Shown: positions 61,982-64,000 of the stretch, piece by piece
How positions within the stretch are numbered: position 1 is the first letter of the stretch
Layout: every line of letters begins with the position of its first letter
Source: Porphyridium purpureum
Taxonomy: Eukaryota
Reading direction: 5' to 3'
Assembly: GCA_008690995.1 (NCBI GenBank)
Contig: VRMN01000011.1
Span: 310,001 to 374,000 of the forward strand
Length of the DNA stretch: 64,000 nt
Program-made: the position numbers and the translations under genes
Notes under the pieces: model-generated
Told to the model about the DNA's origin: nothing
Database searches by the model: none
The model's input: the letters and a program-made list of their open reading frames with translations, nothing else

Positions 61982-63517
61982 TCACACCAGTGGTAGCATT
62001 TTGTAAGGATTCAGAATGGCGTTGGGGTCGAACACTTGCTTGAGCTGGCGCATCAGAGCGAGCTCCGGCGCTGTCCGAGAGTAGAGAATGCCGTGGTTCT
62101 TCATCTGGCCCAAGCCGTGCTCGGCGGAAATGGACCCGCGATGCTTGCTCACCCACTCGTACACCCACGGCTCGAGCAGCTCGGACAGGCCCTTGCTGGG
62201 CGCGCTCAGGTTCAGGTGCAGATTCCCGTCACCAATGTGGCCCCAGCCCACACAGTGCACTCCTTCTTGACCACGCACGCGACTGCGCGTGTCTTCGACA
62301 AGTGCGTAAAACGCATCCATGGGGAGCGACACATCGTACTTGAACGTGGCGTTGCCCGACTTTTGCACCGCTTCTGGAAGCGACTCGCGCAGCGCCCACA
62401 TCTTGTGCTTCTGGTCGTCATTCTGAGACATCACGCCGTTCACTGCGAGACCGGCCTCAAACGCCTCAGTCACAAACCTGTCCATCAGTTGCTCCACCAC
62501 AAAGTTCTCGGCGCTCTCTGCCTCCACAAGCACATAGAACGGATGCTGCTCGCCAGGCATAGGGTCCTCAACATGATGCAGATGTTTCAGCGCAAGCTGA
62601 ACAGCTGCTCCATCCATGAACTCGATCGCAGACAGCGTCTCTCCGAGCCGGGTGCGAGCCAACGGAAGCACCTTTTTGACGCTGTCAAACGACTCACACG
62701 CAAAGAGAGCAACCTGACTTGCATGCGGCCGCTTGACGCATGCTATCGAAAGCTGCGTGATGATGCCGAGCGTGCCTTCCGAACCTATGAACAGCGATTT
62801 GAGGTCGTAGCCTGTATTGTCCTTCTTCAAAACTTTGAGCGAGTCGATGACTGTACCGTCGCCGGTCACGACTTCCATGCCAAGCACCGAATTGCGCAGC
62901 GAGCCGTACTTGACAAAGCGACTTCCGCCAGCGTGTGTCGCCACATTTCCGCCAATCTGGCAGGAGCCCTTTGCACCGAGGTCGAGCGGCACACGGTAGC
63001 CACGCTCCCCGACAAATGTATCCAGCGTTTCAAGGACGACACCGGCTTGCGTTACAGCGACGCCGCTGATGTCATCAAAGCTCTCAATCTTATCCATTTT
63101 GCCCAGCGACAGAATAATTTCATCGAATAACGGTACCGAGCCGCCGACAAGGCCCGTATTGCCGCCTTGCGGAACCAGCGCCAGCCTGTGCTCATTGCAG
63201 TACGCGACGACAGCGCTCACTTGCTCGGTCGAGCGTGGCCGCAGCACGAGTTTGGACTGACCATGAAACTTATTCATCCAACAGGAGTTATATGCCTTGA
63301 GGTGCTCCTCGTCTGTGATCACATTCGCGGAGCCGCCCACCAATTGTTCAAGCGCTCCCGCATGCGCGTCAGTCAGAGCGCCGTACCGCGCGTCTCGTTT
63401 CGGCTCCACCTTTCGCACATTCGGCGTCACAGACATCCATCGGCGCCAGGCACCCGCCTTTGGCCCCGTGGACAGGGTCAGACACCTCATCCCCAACCAG
63501 CCTGCCGCCTTCCCCAT
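61982..63517 (-). CDS. D2HGDH: D-2-hydroxyglutarate dehydrogenase, probably mitochondrial
   Basis: PQGGNTGLVGGSVP, PLDLGAKGSCQIGGN, KDNTGYDLK, GHIGDGNLHLN, SAEHGLG, NPYK. Confidence 0.95.
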   Translation of the reverse strand: MGKAAGWLGMRCLTLSTGPKAGAWRRWMSVTPNVRKVEPKRDARYGALTDAHAGALEQLVGGSANVITDEEHLKAYNSCWMNKFHGQSKLVLRPRSTEQVSAVVAYCNEHRLALVPQGGNTGLVGGSVPLFDEIILSLGKMDKIESFDDISGVAVTQAGVVLETLDTFVGERGYRVPLDLGAKGSCQIGGNVATHAGGSRFVKYGSLRNSVLGMEVVTGDGTVIDSLKVLKKDNTGYDLKSLFIGSEGTLGIITQLSIACVKRPHASQVALFACESFDSVKKVLPLARTRLGETLSAIEFMDGAAVQLALKHLHHVEDPMPGEQHPFYVLVEAESAENFVVEQLMDRFVTEAFEAGLAVNGVMSQNDDQKHKMWALRESLPEAVQKSGNATFKYDVSLPMDAFYALVEDTRSRVRGQEGVHCVGWGHIGDGNLHLNLSAPSKGLSELLEPWVYEWVSKHRGSISAEHGLGQMKNHGILYSRTAPELALMRQLKQVFDPNAILNPYKMLPLV

Positions 63518-63882
63518 CGTTCTTCCCCAACTTTATCGTCCGAGACGCGTGTTCTCGCACTCGCACCCGCCCCCAACCCGGCGACGCGCTCGCGACAAAC
63601 TTGCGCGGCCATGACCGCATTTAAAAAACGCGTGCAGCAACGTTAAACAAGTGGGAGCATGCAAGCACGACACTGTACACCCAAAGTACAGTCCCGGCAT
63701 TCCGGGAGGGGCGTAAAAAGACGGAGCGTTCGAAGTTGCGCATGACAGGGCTGGTTGATGGGATATCCGGCAGGGGACGTCTGGAGTGCGTGTGGGCGTG
63801 AGGGAGGAGCGAGGCGGCGTGGCTGTGTGTGGGGGAAGAACGGGTCGGAAGGAGGAGGAGGGACGTCACGCATAGTGTCGGA

Positions 63883-64000
63883 ATGGACGCGTTGCAGAAT
63901 GAGGCCGTGAAGAAGCGCGTCAAGCAGGTGAACGACTATGTGAAGCGCGTGAGGAAGGTGACCAAGCCGTACTTGCCGATGATCACTCGCGTGCTGATCA
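63883..64000 (+). CDS. SURF4: SURF4/Erv29 ER cargo receptor, 3'-partial
   Basis: Manual translation MDALQNEAVKKRVKQVNDYVKRVRKVTKPYLPMITRVLI resembles the SURF4 N-terminus (RVTKQYLPHVARL). Confidence 0.7.
   Translation, partial: MDALQNEAVKKRVKQVNDYVKRVRKVTKPYLPMITRVLI

Noticed and set aside
62036..63130. Long antisense ORFs (364 aa here; also 36735-37823, 21942-22718, 4890-5585)
   Set aside because: Shadows of GC-rich coding genes on the opposite strand, with no motifs
8364..63517. Metabolic gene cluster (OAT, GLYR, D2HGDH, GGCT-like, amino acid transporter)
   Set aside because: The genes are dispersed among unrelated housekeeping genes, with no evidence of functional clustering

Overview
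Gene-dense, almost intron-free, GC-rich eukaryotic nuclear DNA. The style (MAF-type plastid transit peptides, very short intergenic regions, EF-hand-TKL kinase) suggests a unicellular red alga such as Porphyridium; this is inference only. The window holds about 27 host genes, including CCT2, OAT, Nup155, GLYR, a SAPS protein, an ENTH protein, TOM40, a COG0523 GTPase, an NhaP-type antiporter, RPS30, RPS25, PRP40, INO1, NFU, CARNMT1, D2HGDH and partial SURF4. It also holds one intact Tc1 (DD34E) DNA transposon and two near-identical copies of an LTR retrotransposon: a 3' part at 1-1903 (+) and a complete copy at 25899-31659 (-). The retroelement is the most unusual feature. It has Copia-type IN-RT-RNaseH order and motifs but Gypsy-looking Gag and protease. 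Gag and pol are joined by a predicted -1 frameshift (GGAAAAC plus an H-type pseudoknot). Its integrated ends are CG...AG, two bases outside the TG...CA repeat, as shown by a 5-bp GAAGC target-site duplication. Other oddities are a DUF726 protein with an Hsp70 substrate-binding-like domain, a flavohemoglobin lacking its NAD domain, and a bacterial-style P-loop ATPase.
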